A stretch of 24,000 bases of DNA from Sulfolobales archaeon (GTDB lineage Archaea > Thermoproteota > Thermoprotei_A > Sulfolobales > AG1). How positions within the stretch are numbered: position 1 is the stretch's first letter; every line of letters starts with the position of its first letter. Below the pieces are notes generated by a model. That model did not search any database. It was not told where the DNA came from and worked only from the letters and a program-made list of their open reading frames with translations. Made by a program: the position numbers and the translations under genes. Below are positions 8,529-16,677 of this stretch, one piece after another. The stretch covers positions 286,986 to 310,985 of the forward strand of contig JAVZPJ010000001.1 of the NCBI GenBank assembly GCA_038881635.1, read 5' to 3'.

Positions 8529-10148
8529 ATGAGGAAGGTTAGAAGAGGTATAGAAGCTGTGTATGGAGGTATAATAATAGCGGTTCTTATATCTATGTTC
8601 ATAGGCTTCTATGTTATGATACTTAGTAATCAAGAAGAGAGCTATAAAGAGATCATAGGATCTCTCGAGAGGGAGAGAGTAAGAAATATGGAGAACATCG
8701 AACTCTCCAAGAGTAATAATTCTCTCATTCTTTACTCCACGACAGGGAGTAGAATTATAATGATCATAGCTAGAGGATCTGATAAAACATACTATCTAGA
8801 TCTACGTGAAAATCCTCTGGAGGTGCCTGAGAACAGCTATAGAGCAGTACCTTACAATATATCAGAATGGATTCGAAGCATGTGGTCTGAAGGGTTTAAG
8901 ATATACTTCTTAACAAGCTTGGGCAATATGATAGATCTAAGTTCTTATCTAAGTAGGATCTACAACGGTGGAGATACTATCAATACAGTAGAATCTGGAG
9001 GATGTTTCTACTACGACTTCGTATTCGAAGCTTGCAAGGATTGCTACTACATAGTACTTGGTACTTGGAGAGCTTACATACCTTCTACAACTTCTCCGAT
9101 AACATTCTACGAGATCCCTGTATACGCCTGGGATATTAATAAGAGCTACACGATATTAAAGTCGCCTTATGATACTCTAATATATCTCAGAAAGATATCG
9201 GACAACCCTCCGACAAGCTATCCAGTGCTAAGCACATCAAATTGGTTTAATCCTCCATCAATATTAAATCATCCGAATCCATGGGATATGAGTCTGAAGT
9301 TTTCCGTGAATATATCATATCCCTGGAATATAAGTACTAGATTTATTCTGGGAGGGGGAAGGACTAATGTTACGTATATTTATAATGGTAGTATTGTTGT
9401 AACGGCTGATGTTTACTGGATATATCCTTCTGGTGGGTCTATTGATTTCACTACGAAAAACTATGGATCTTATAACACCACATATAGCTTCCTTGTTGCT
9501 GTATATGATAACTATAACTGGAATGTAACTCTATCATATCGGGTGGTTGTAGACACTTACAGAGCTGAGGGGCTTTATTATGATAGAATTGTGACTAATA
9601 CTAGATCAGTGTATTATCAAGGCTATTATATTACGCTAGGAGATATGGCTGGTGTTAAGTATCTTAATCCTAATGTAATCTCTATTACTAATATCACAGG
9701 ATCTGTTAATTTCACGTTCTACTCTGAAGGATATGCGGGTAGTGGCGTTCTTGAAGGTAGATGGGATAATATAGTTCGATTAACAATATATATAGATCCT
9801 TCTGTTATATCTCTTTCAAATACCACTATATACCGCCCTGATGCTTCAGGGTATATAACGGCTAGCAATGGTTATAGAATCAAGGAGATTATAACTAGAA
9901 TTAGCTTTAGCAATCCAGAGATTTTCAATCAAGTATCAGGTGCATCAGATCTTCTATCAGGATCTTTTAGAAACACTGATTATAACGGGGGAACCAAAGA
10001 TTCAGATCTTTTCTCGGAATATATTCTTATGATACTATCTCTTAATTTGAAAGCACTCTACAACCAAAAACCACGTCTACTAACAACTGCTTCGAATCTC
10101 ATAGTAATTTATACCAGCCGATATCACTCCTCTAGCTCTCTACCATGA
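8529..10148 (+). CDS. Secreted or cell-surface protein with an archaeal class III (type-IV-pilin-like) signal peptide; probably N-glycosylated; family unknown
   Basis: The N-terminus is MRKVRRG|IEAVYGGIIIAVLISMFIGFYVMIL: a basic n-region, Gly at -1, then about 22 hydrophobic residues. The mature part is Y/N/S/T/I-rich and carries about 13 N-x-S/T sequons and a C-x11-C-x2-C patch. Confidence 0.75.
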   Translation: MRKVRRGIEAVYGGIIIAVLISMFIGFYVMILSNQEESYKEIIGSLERERVRNMENIELSKSNNSLILYSTTGSRIIMIIARGSDKTYYLDLRENPLEVPENSYRAVPYNISEWIRSMWSEGFKIYFLTSLGNMIDLSSYLSRIYNGGDTINTVESGGCFYYDFVFEACKDCYYIVLGTWRAYIPSTTSPITFYEIPVYAWDINKSYTILKSPYDTLIYLRKISDNPPTSYPVLSTSNWFNPPSILNHPNPWDMSLKFSVNISYPWNISTRFILGGGRTNVTYIYNGSIVVTADVYWIYPSGGSIDFTTKNYGSYNTTYSFLVAVYDNYNWNVTLSYRVVVDTYRAEGLYYDRIVTNTRSVYYQGYYITLGDMAGVKYLNPNVISITNITGSVNFTFYSEGYAGSGVLEGRWDNIVRLTIYIDPSVISLSNTTIYRPDASGYITASNGYRIKEIITRISFSNPEIFNQVSGASDLLSGSFRNTDYNGGTKDSDLFSEYILMILSLNLKALYNQKPRLLTTASNLIVIYTSRYHSSSSLP

Positions 10149-10230
10149 GTAGTAAATGCATCATCTCTTTATTGGAAATATCTCGAGGTATATAATGATG
10201 CTGAGAATCAGAAGATTTGAGAGATCATAT

Positions 10231-10482
10231 TCACTCTTCTTTCTCCTCCTCAGAGCATTTTCCAGTTATATTCACAGCTCTCATATTCTCGCTAATAATG
10301 CTCACGTTGATACATCCATTGAATTCTAGTATGAGAAGATATTTTAGAAATTCTTTGAATGATAGATCTGGAATCTCTCTTCTAACACTCTCGTAAAGCT
10401 CTTTATCTCTGCTAGCTCCTCCTGCTTCTCTCAGCTCTTCTAATATAATTCTTAAAACACTAGATCTGTTATACCTGCTCAA
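10231..10482 (-). CDS. Small hypothetical protein, winged-helix-like, with an acidic C-terminal tail; apparently co-translated with cdc48
   Basis: 83-aa ORF with a TTG start 16 nt after the CDC48 stop. A GGGAGTGA Shine-Dalgarno-like site overlaps that stop. The pattern VLRIILEELREAGGASRDKELYESV...FLKYLLILEFNGCINV resembles a wHTH. There is no firm family assignment. Confidence 0.5.
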   Translation of the reverse strand: MSRYNRSSVLRIILEELREAGGASRDKELYESVRREIPDLSFKEFLKYLLILEFNGCINVSIISENMRAVNITGKCSEEEKEE

Positions 10483-10498
10483 ACTCTCTTCTCACTCC

Positions 10499-12757
10499 CT
10501 AAGAATACATGGTCGTTGAAATAGTCTTCCTAGGAAGCTTCTGCTTCGCTTTCAAGCCCCAGTTCTCGTAGAACCTGATCATATCTTCAGTTATTGAAGG
10601 TCTGATCTTTTCTAGAGCCTTCAGGAAATGTCTCAGCTCAACCCTCGTAGCATTTATATCTTCTCTCAAAGAAGTGAGACCGGCTTCTCTTACTAGAGCT
10701 GATATATCAGCACCTGTATAGCCTTCGGTCATTCTAGCTAGATACTCAAGATCAACATCTTCTGCTAGAGGCATCTTCCTAGTGTGAACTTTGAATATCT
10801 CTATTCTAGACTTAAGATCTGGTGGTGGGACGTATATAAGCTTGTCAAATCTTCCTGGTCTAAACAACGCTGGATCTATAAGATCCGGTCTATTAGTAGC
10901 TCCTATTATAAATACATTCTTCATACTATCAATACCATCTATTTCAGCTAGTAGCTGACTCACAATACTCTCCATAACATGAGTACCTTCACTGAACATC
11001 CCTCTTATAGGAAATAAAGCATCGATCTCATCGAAGAATATTATTGCAGGAGAGTAAAGCCTAGCCTTTCTAAAGATCTCTCTAATAGCTCTCTCGCTCT
11101 CACCAACCCACTTGCTAAGAAGTTCAGGGCCTTTAACCCATATCATATGAGCGCCACTCTCATTAGCTATAGCTTTGCCTAGAAGTGTTTTCCCCACTCC
11201 TGGTGGTCCGTAGAGTAGGATACCTTTGGGAGGTTCTATACCAAGTCTCTTATAGATCTGTGGAGATTTAATAGCCCATTCAATTGATTCTCTAAGTTCC
11301 TGCTTTACATCTTCTAATCCTCCTATATCGCTCCATCTAACATCTGGAATCTCTATATAGACCTCTCTAAGACCGCTAGGTATGATTTCTTTATAAGCTT
11401 CTAAGAAGTCTGCCATTGAAACCTTTATCTCATCTAGGATCTCTGGATTTATATTATCTCGATCTAGATCATCTATATTTATGGTTCTTCTTATAGTTCT
11501 GAGAGCAGCTTCTTTAACAAGTGCTGCTATATCAGCACCAGTATATCCGTGAGTCATCTCAGCAAGCTTCTCAAGATCAACGTCAGAGTCTAGGGGTACA
11601 TTTCTCGTGTGTATTCTAAGGATCTCGAGTCTTCCACTTTTATCAGGTAGAGGAATTTCTATCTCTCTATCAAATCTTCCAGGTCTTCTGAGAGCAGGAT
11701 CCACGGCATGGATCCTGTTAGTAGCTCCTATAACAATTACATCACCTCTACCCTGGAGACCGTCCATGAGGGTTAGTAGCTGAGCTACAACTCTTCTCTC
11801 AACCTCACCGATAACCTCATCTCTCTTAGGAGCTATAGCATCTATCTCATCAATGAATATTATAGCTGGAGCATTCTTCCTAGCCTCTTCAAATATCTCT
11901 CTCAATCTCTGCTCAGATTCTCCATAGAATTTACTCATTATCTCAGGACCGTTTATCGCTATGAAGTAAGCACCACTCTCATTAGCCAGAGCCTTAGCTA
12001 GAAGTGTTTTCCCCACTCCTGGTGGTCCGTAGAGTAGGATACCTTTAGGAGGTTCTATACCAAGTCTTCTGAAGATCTCGGGGTATTTAAGAGGTAGTTC
12101 TACAAGCTCTCTTACTTTCATAATAATATTCTTCATACCACCTATATCATTATATGTGACCTTGGTAATTCTAGATGTCAGAACAGGTTTCTCAAGAATC
12201 TTAAGCTGTGTATCAGATGAGATGTAGACAACACCGGTAGGTCTTGTCTGAACAACTACAAATGCTACTGACTGACCTAGAATAGGTATGTATATTAGAT
12301 CTCCTTCAACAACAGGATGTTTATCTAGTCTTTTCTTAACAAAATTTATGAAGGATTGATCTACAGATGTTATAGCTGTGTTAGACTGTGAAGGAGCTAT
12401 CTTAACAATCTTAGCAGGCTGAGCATAAGCTTTTCTAATTATAACTCTCTCGCCTATAGATACATCAGCATTCCTCCTCACTATAGAATCCATCCTAATA
12501 ATATTAGGATTATCCTCGCCATAGCTAGGCCATACAATTCCAGCAGTCTTTTTTCTACCTTCTATCTCTACAATGTCTCCAGGTTCTAGACCTAGCTCTC
12601 TTAATACTGATATATCAATTTTAACCTTCCCCCCAACAACATCTCTATGCTTCAGCTCATCAACTATTAGTATGACCTCTTTCTTCACACCTCTAGATCT
12701 CTCACCTTCGCCGGGAGAGCTCTGGGGATTTTCAAAAGGTTCAGGATTACTGCTCAA
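10499..12757 (-). CDS. cdc48: CDC48/VCP/p97-type AAA+ ATPase (N domain plus D1 and D2)
   Basis: 752 aa. The N domain has the double-psi barrel pattern ([23 protein letters not shown]). There are two Walker A sites (GPPGVGKT), two Walker B sites (IIFIDEID and IIFFDEID) and second-region-of-homology motifs. The C-terminus is ...TTMYS, which is HbYX-like. The TTG start at 12757 is uncertain; a GTG 23 codons downstream is an alternative. Confidence 0.95.
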   Translation of the reverse strand: MSSNPEPFENPQSSPGEGERSRGVKKEVILIVDELKHRDVVGGKVKIDISVLRELGLEPGDIVEIEGRKKTAGIVWPSYGEDNPNIIRMDSIVRRNADVSIGERVIIRKAYAQPAKIVKIAPSQSNTAITSVDQSFINFVKKRLDKHPVVEGDLIYIPILGQSVAFVVVQTRPTGVVYISSDTQLKILEKPVLTSRITKVTYNDIGGMKNIIMKVRELVELPLKYPEIFRRLGIEPPKGILLYGPPGVGKTLLAKALANESGAYFIAINGPEIMSKFYGESEQRLREIFEEARKNAPAIIFIDEIDAIAPKRDEVIGEVERRVVAQLLTLMDGLQGRGDVIVIGATNRIHAVDPALRRPGRFDREIEIPLPDKSGRLEILRIHTRNVPLDSDVDLEKLAEMTHGYTGADIAALVKEAALRTIRRTINIDDLDRDNINPEILDEIKVSMADFLEAYKEIIPSGLREVYIEIPDVRWSDIGGLEDVKQELRESIEWAIKSPQIYKRLGIEPPKGILLYGPPGVGKTLLGKAIANESGAHMIWVKGPELLSKWVGESERAIREIFRKARLYSPAIIFFDEIDALFPIRGMFSEGTHVMESIVSQLLAEIDGIDSMKNVFIIGATNRPDLIDPALFRPGRFDKLIYVPPPDLKSRIEIFKVHTRKMPLAEDVDLEYLARMTEGYTGADISALVREAGLTSLREDINATRVELRHFLKALEKIRPSITEDMIRFYENWGLKAKQKLPRKTISTTMYS
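11179..11248. repeat. AAA Walker-A nucleotide block, copy in CDC48 D2
   Basis: 70 nt, identical to 11998-12067 except for one position (read directly). Confidence 0.8.
11997..12079. repeat. AAA Walker-A nucleotide block, copy in CDC48 D1
   Basis: 83 nt, identical to 17330-17412 (PAN) at 81 of 83 positions (read directly). Confidence 0.85.
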
Positions 12758-12849
12758 TTCCCTGACCCGCCTATGAATTATTTTATCTAAGAAAGTAGAT
12801 AAAGTATTGCAGGCTGTTACATTGACCTTTTTAAATCATGAGTGTTGAT

Positions 12850-13122
12850 CTAGAAAACTCTTGATATATACTCGATCTCTACTTCATTAACTCCTTCTAC
12901 TCCTCTTAGAACACTCTCTAATTCTTCAGTACCTCCTTCGGTCGCTTCTGGAAATACTACGAAGAGTCTGAGAATCTTATAACCATAAGCCAGATCCTCG
13001 GATTCGTGTCTGAGAATTCTATACCTCTCAGGAAGAACAGATCTTATCTTTTTCATGATCTCTGAGAAGTCTTGGATAACATCTACCGGATAAATTTTCA
13101 CAACAGCTATGACATCAGCCAT
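12850..13122 (-). CDS. ef1b: Translation elongation factor aEF-1 beta
   Basis: 90 aa: MADVIAVVKIYPVD...LAYGYKILRLFVVFPEATEGGTEELESVLRGVEGVNEVEI, which matches the aEF-1beta pattern. The ATG at 13122 has AGGTG 6 nt upstream. The ORF-track GTG at 13131 overlaps that Shine-Dalgarno site. Confidence 0.9.
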   Translation of the reverse strand: MADVIAVVKIYPVDVIQDFSEIMKKIRSVLPERYRILRHESEDLAYGYKILRLFVVFPEATEGGTEELESVLRGVEGVNEVEIEYISRVF

Positions 13123-13134
13123 GGAAAACACCTT

Positions 13135-13368
13135 CTAAGGACCCTCGAAACCACATACAGGGCATCTATATGATATAGCGGCATTTCTACACTTCTTACA
13201 TCTCCAGATCGTGTATTTACCACAATTAGGACATGTAAAACTCACAGCCTTCTCGTAGGGAGGTATGATTCTTTTACACGATGAACATATTGGTGGTGAT
13301 ATCTCGTCTACTAGAGCCGGTCTCGGGAGTCTTGTAGATAGAGTTGCCACTACTATGACACCTGACAC
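13135..13368 (-). CDS. Zn-ribbon protein (COG2888/DUF1610-type, the conserved archaeal neighbour of aEF-1beta)
   Basis: Four CxxC pairs are present (CSSC, CPNC, CKKC, CPVC) and the gene sits immediately upstream of ef1b. The start is uncertain: GTG at 13368 or GTG at 13350. Confidence 0.75.
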   Translation of the reverse strand: MSGVIVVATLSTRLPRPALVDEISPPICSSCKRIIPPYEKAVSFTCPNCGKYTIWRCKKCRNAAISYRCPVCGFEGP

Positions 13369-13448
13369 TATTATGGTAAATCCTCTTATAAGCTTGTAGA
13401 AATAGTGGAGAGAGGTTTAGCATTCTCGAAATATTTCTTTATATTTCA

Positions 13449-13456
13449 TTTTATAA
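13449..13456 (+). promoter_or_regulatory. TATA-like box (TTTTATAA) for deoxyhypusine synthase
   Basis: It is centred about 26 nt upstream of the GTG at 13479, consistent with a leaderless transcript. Confidence 0.45.
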
Positions 13457-13478
13457 TCAGAGTATTCGGGATTAAGCT

Positions 13479-14543
13479 GTGGAGGATGTGAAGACATCGA
13501 GAGAGTATTTTTTCAGAGAGAGAGTAGAAGTATTTAGACCTGATAAGATTAGCAGCTTAAGAGATCTTCTTCAGAGTATGGCTAAGACAGCTTACCAGGG
13601 TAGGAAGCTTGGAGAGATTTTTGAGATTATTAGAAGAATGCTGGAAGACAGGGATCTGATTATATACATGGGTTTAGCAGGTTCTATGGCTACAGCAGGT
13701 ATGTGGGGTATAATCTCATGGTTTATAGAGAAAGGCTATATAGATGTTCTCGTGTCCACAGGAGCTAACGTGTCCGAGGATATATATGCAGGACTTGGCT
13801 TTCCATATGGAAGAGGTTCTCCTTGCACTGATGATGAGCTTCTATTGAAGAATAAGATCGATAGGTTCTATGATGTGTATGCTGATGAGTATATGTATAG
13901 AGAGATGGAGAGACTTATAAAAGAGTTTATAATAGATCTTCCAAAAGATCATGTGTATTCATCTGCAGAATTCATGTATCTACTAGGTGCGAGATTAGAA
14001 AGACTTGGAGTAGATTCTATAGCTAGAACTTCTTTTAGAAGAAAAACACCTGTATTCGTACCTGCTATAGTAGATTCAGGTTATGGAATAGCATATATAC
14101 TAGCTTTAAAAGAGAAGGGTTCTAGAATTATAATAGATCAATTCAAAGACTTCGAACAACTCGTAGCAATATCAGAGAGAGCTGGAGATAGTGGTGTCAT
14201 ATATATAGGCGGCGGTGTTCCCAAAGATCTGATACAATTAATTGCAGTAGCCAGAGCCTTAATAGAGGAGATGAGAAGCGGTAGAGAAAGTGTGAGACCT
14301 CATAAGTATGCTGTTCAGATTACAACAGATCTACCTCAGTGGGGTGGTTTGAGTGGGGCAACTCTTGAAGAGGCTGTAAGCTGGGGTAAGGTGAGGGTTT
14401 CTGATTCAGCTGGTGTTAATGTTGATGCTACAATTGCTCTTCCAATACTCGCAGTAGGTTTGAAGGAGATTAATATACAAAGAGAGAAGAAAGATCTATC
14501 TTTTGTGTTTCAAAGCGTAGAGAAATATGTTGAAAAGATCTGA
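13479..14543 (+). CDS. dys: Deoxyhypusine synthase
   Basis: 354 aa. Motifs are GLAGSMATAGMWGIISWFIEKGYIDVLVSTGANVSEDIY, the NAD-site GGGVPKD, and the C-terminal GGLSGATLEEAVSWGK containing the catalytic Lys. Confidence 0.93.
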   Translation: MEDVKTSREYFFRERVEVFRPDKISSLRDLLQSMAKTAYQGRKLGEIFEIIRRMLEDRDLIIYMGLAGSMATAGMWGIISWFIEKGYIDVLVSTGANVSEDIYAGLGFPYGRGSPCTDDELLLKNKIDRFYDVYADEYMYREMERLIKEFIIDLPKDHVYSSAEFMYLLGARLERLGVDSIARTSFRRKTPVFVPAIVDSGYGIAYILALKEKGSRIIIDQFKDFEQLVAISERAGDSGVIYIGGGVPKDLIQLIAVARALIEEMRSGRESVRPHKYAVQITTDLPQWGGLSGATLEEAVSWGKVRVSDSAGVNVDATIALPILAVGLKEINIQREKKDLSFVFQSVEKYVEKI

Positions 14544-15450
14544 TCTTTCTCGGAGGAGAAATATTTTTAATTGTAATATTAGATGGGATCAGGAGTATAA
14601 ATACAGTTATGTAAAAGGTCCTATAATATCAAGAGATCATGTTGAACTTATATATCAAGCTTTTTTAAAAGGCTTAAGATCTATAGAGATCTCTCTGGAT
14701 CTAGGGCTTTCAAAAAGTTTAATAGAGATTAGAGGAGAGAATATTTCCATAGAAGGTTTCGAGCTCTCCATAGGTTTTCTACGAGAATATGTTGAAGAAG
14801 GTTTTCTATATAAACTGATCGGAGGGAGAATTCAAAGAATAGATCTATATGATAATGGAAGGTATTACAAGCTCAAGCCCGTAGGAATAGATAAAGCTCC
14901 TACGATAGAGATAAATGGTATTCAGATGCATAGAACTGTAGGCGTGGATCCTTGGAAAGATTCTCTTTTAAAAGTACTTTCACTAGGAAGATTAAAAGGT
15001 CTTAGAGTTCTAGATATATGTACTGGATTAGGATATACAGCTATAAATATTCTGAGAAGAGGATCTGGAGAAGTTATATCTATAGAAGCTGACAAGAATG
15101 TTCTTAACATAGCTAGTATGAATCCATGGTCTCAGGATTTGGAAAAGGTTAAAATACTATTGGGAGATGCTGTAGAGGTTGTATCGAGAATCGATGACGA
15201 GTGTTTTCACGCTATTCTCCATGATCCTCCGAGAATTAATATTGCTGGAGAGCTTTATAGCGAGAGTTTCTATAAGGAGCTTTACAGGATCCTATCTAGA
15301 GGAGGAAGATTATTCCACTACACCGGAGAACCTGGAAGGCATAGCAATATAAGTATTTTGAAGGGTATTAAGAGAAGATTAGAGAAGGCTGGTTTTACAG
15401 AGGTTAGATGGGTTGATAAGGCCAAAGGCTTTCTATCGATCAAGCCATAA
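14527..15450 (+). CDS. Class I SAM-dependent methyltransferase with a DPPR motif IV (COG2521-like predicted archaeal methyltransferase)
   Basis: 307 aa. Motif I is VLDICTGLGYTAI and motif IV is ILHDPPR, the amino-group methyltransferase type. It has an N-terminal extra domain of about 130 aa. The ATG overlaps the dys 3' end by 17 nt. Confidence 0.8.
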   Translation: MLKRSDLSRRRNIFNCNIRWDQEYKYSYVKGPIISRDHVELIYQAFLKGLRSIEISLDLGLSKSLIEIRGENISIEGFELSIGFLREYVEEGFLYKLIGGRIQRIDLYDNGRYYKLKPVGIDKAPTIEINGIQMHRTVGVDPWKDSLLKVLSLGRLKGLRVLDICTGLGYTAINILRRGSGEVISIEADKNVLNIASMNPWSQDLEKVKILLGDAVEVVSRIDDECFHAILHDPPRINIAGELYSESFYKELYRILSRGGRLFHYTGEPGRHSNISILKGIKRRLEKAGFTEVRWVDKAKGFLSIKP

Positions 15451-15452
15451 GC

Positions 15453-16202
15453 CTACATATAGTATCTGGGTGTGTATCTTGTCTCAGGTTTTTCGATCTC
15501 AGATCTTATCTTCTTCTCAAGTACTTCAATAGTCTCAGCATGTTTGAGAAGTTCTGAGACATCTATCTCCATATTGAGAATCTTAGCGATCTTTGATACA
15601 GCAATTGCAGAAGCTCTAGGATCAGGTCTGTTCCTCTCGGCATATGGGAGTATAGCTATTGCTGGAAGACCTATTATCTCACTGTACATTAGAAGTGTTG
15701 CTAGAGGACCTACTATCATAAGACCTCTATCCATCTGAGGTTCTTCCAGAACTCTCTTTGAATAGCTATTACCAATCCATCTAAGCTGATCTTCGGGAGA
15801 TTTTCTTACTTCAGAATCTAATCCTCCTACTAGAATCATCTCTGAGAAATTATTTTTATAAGCCCATTTAACCACTGTTTCTGCGAAAGCATCCTTATCA
15901 ACAGGAGGTGGTACTGCCTGGTTGACTAGTACAAATAGTTTCCCCTCTTGATCTGAATATATCTCATGAGGAAAGCTAAATCTGATCTCAGGTTCAATAG
16001 ATATTGTATCAGGCATGAATCTCGTTATAATGAATCCAATCCTCTTCAATCTAAGAGTTTCTACGATATATTTAGTTGTTATATATCCTGTAGCTCCAAA
16101 TCCTGGAAATCCTGTGATTAGTATCGGATTCTTACTCGATGATAATGCATCCTTGTATATATAGATCCTCACATTTCTACTTTCTCTAAATACTTCCAAC
16201 AT
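15453..16202 (-). CDS. PAC2-family protein (archaeal proteasome assembly chaperone PbaA/PbaB-like)
   Basis: It has the PAC2 N-terminal pattern PILITGFPGFGATGYITTKYIVETL and a C-terminus RYYM, which is HbYX-like. An alternative start at GTG 16172 forms a GTGA start/stop overlap with the upstream PUA gene. Confidence 0.78.
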   Translation of the reverse strand: MLEVFRESRNVRIYIYKDALSSSKNPILITGFPGFGATGYITTKYIVETLRLKRIGFIITRFMPDTISIEPEIRFSFPHEIYSDQEGKLFVLVNQAVPPPVDKDAFAETVVKWAYKNNFSEMILVGGLDSEVRKSPEDQLRWIGNSYSKRVLEEPQMDRGLMIVGPLATLLMYSEIIGLPAIAILPYAERNRPDPRASAIAVSKIAKILNMEIDVSELLKHAETIEVLEKKIRSEIEKPETRYTPRYYM

Positions 16203-16672
16203 CCCTCCCTATTAAATACTGCAACACCCCTTATATAGTGGAGCATTTCATCAGGTGATAGAAGAAGTCTTCCTATAGCTAGTAATCTATCACTTTCATC
16301 TACCACCAGTGCTATATCCCAGGGTCTGAGCTCTCGATCTACTTCTAGAACATGTCTAGCAAACACACTACCTCCGAGACTGATCTCTCTGGAGATCTCA
16401 TTGATCACTATCACTCGAAGTTGGGGTGATGCTACATGATTTTTAATTCTAAGTCCTCCAACGCATGTTGGGATAATCCTGTGATCTGATGCTCTCACTG
16501 TTAGAACCAGACCTTCTGAATCTTCAACTCCTCTAATTCTTCCGGTAGTCTTTGACACTAGTAGATAACTCTCATCATTTATAAGGATCTCTCCCACTCC
16601 TGGTTTAAACTGGTAGTCTGCAAGAGCTCTCAGTATTCTAATACTCTCTCTAGAAGCTTTAATCCTGATCAT
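16169..16672 (-). CDS. TGT_C2 + PUA domain protein (stand-alone C-terminal module of archaeosine tRNA-guanine transglycosylase type)
   Basis: 167 aa. LRALADYQFKPGVGEIL...TGRIRGV...LTVRASDHRIIPTCVGGLRI matches the aTGT C2 patch-forming domain as I remember it. A PUA-like C-terminal half follows. The ATG lies 5 nt after the PAN stop. Confidence 0.7.
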   Translation of the reverse strand: MIRIKASRESIRILRALADYQFKPGVGEILINDESYLLVSKTTGRIRGVEDSEGLVLTVRASDHRIIPTCVGGLRIKNHVASPQLRVIVINEISREISLGGSVFARHVLEVDRELRPWDIALVVDESDRLLAIGRLLLSPDEMLHYIRGVAVFNREGCWKYLEKVEM

Positions 16673-16677
16673 GATAT

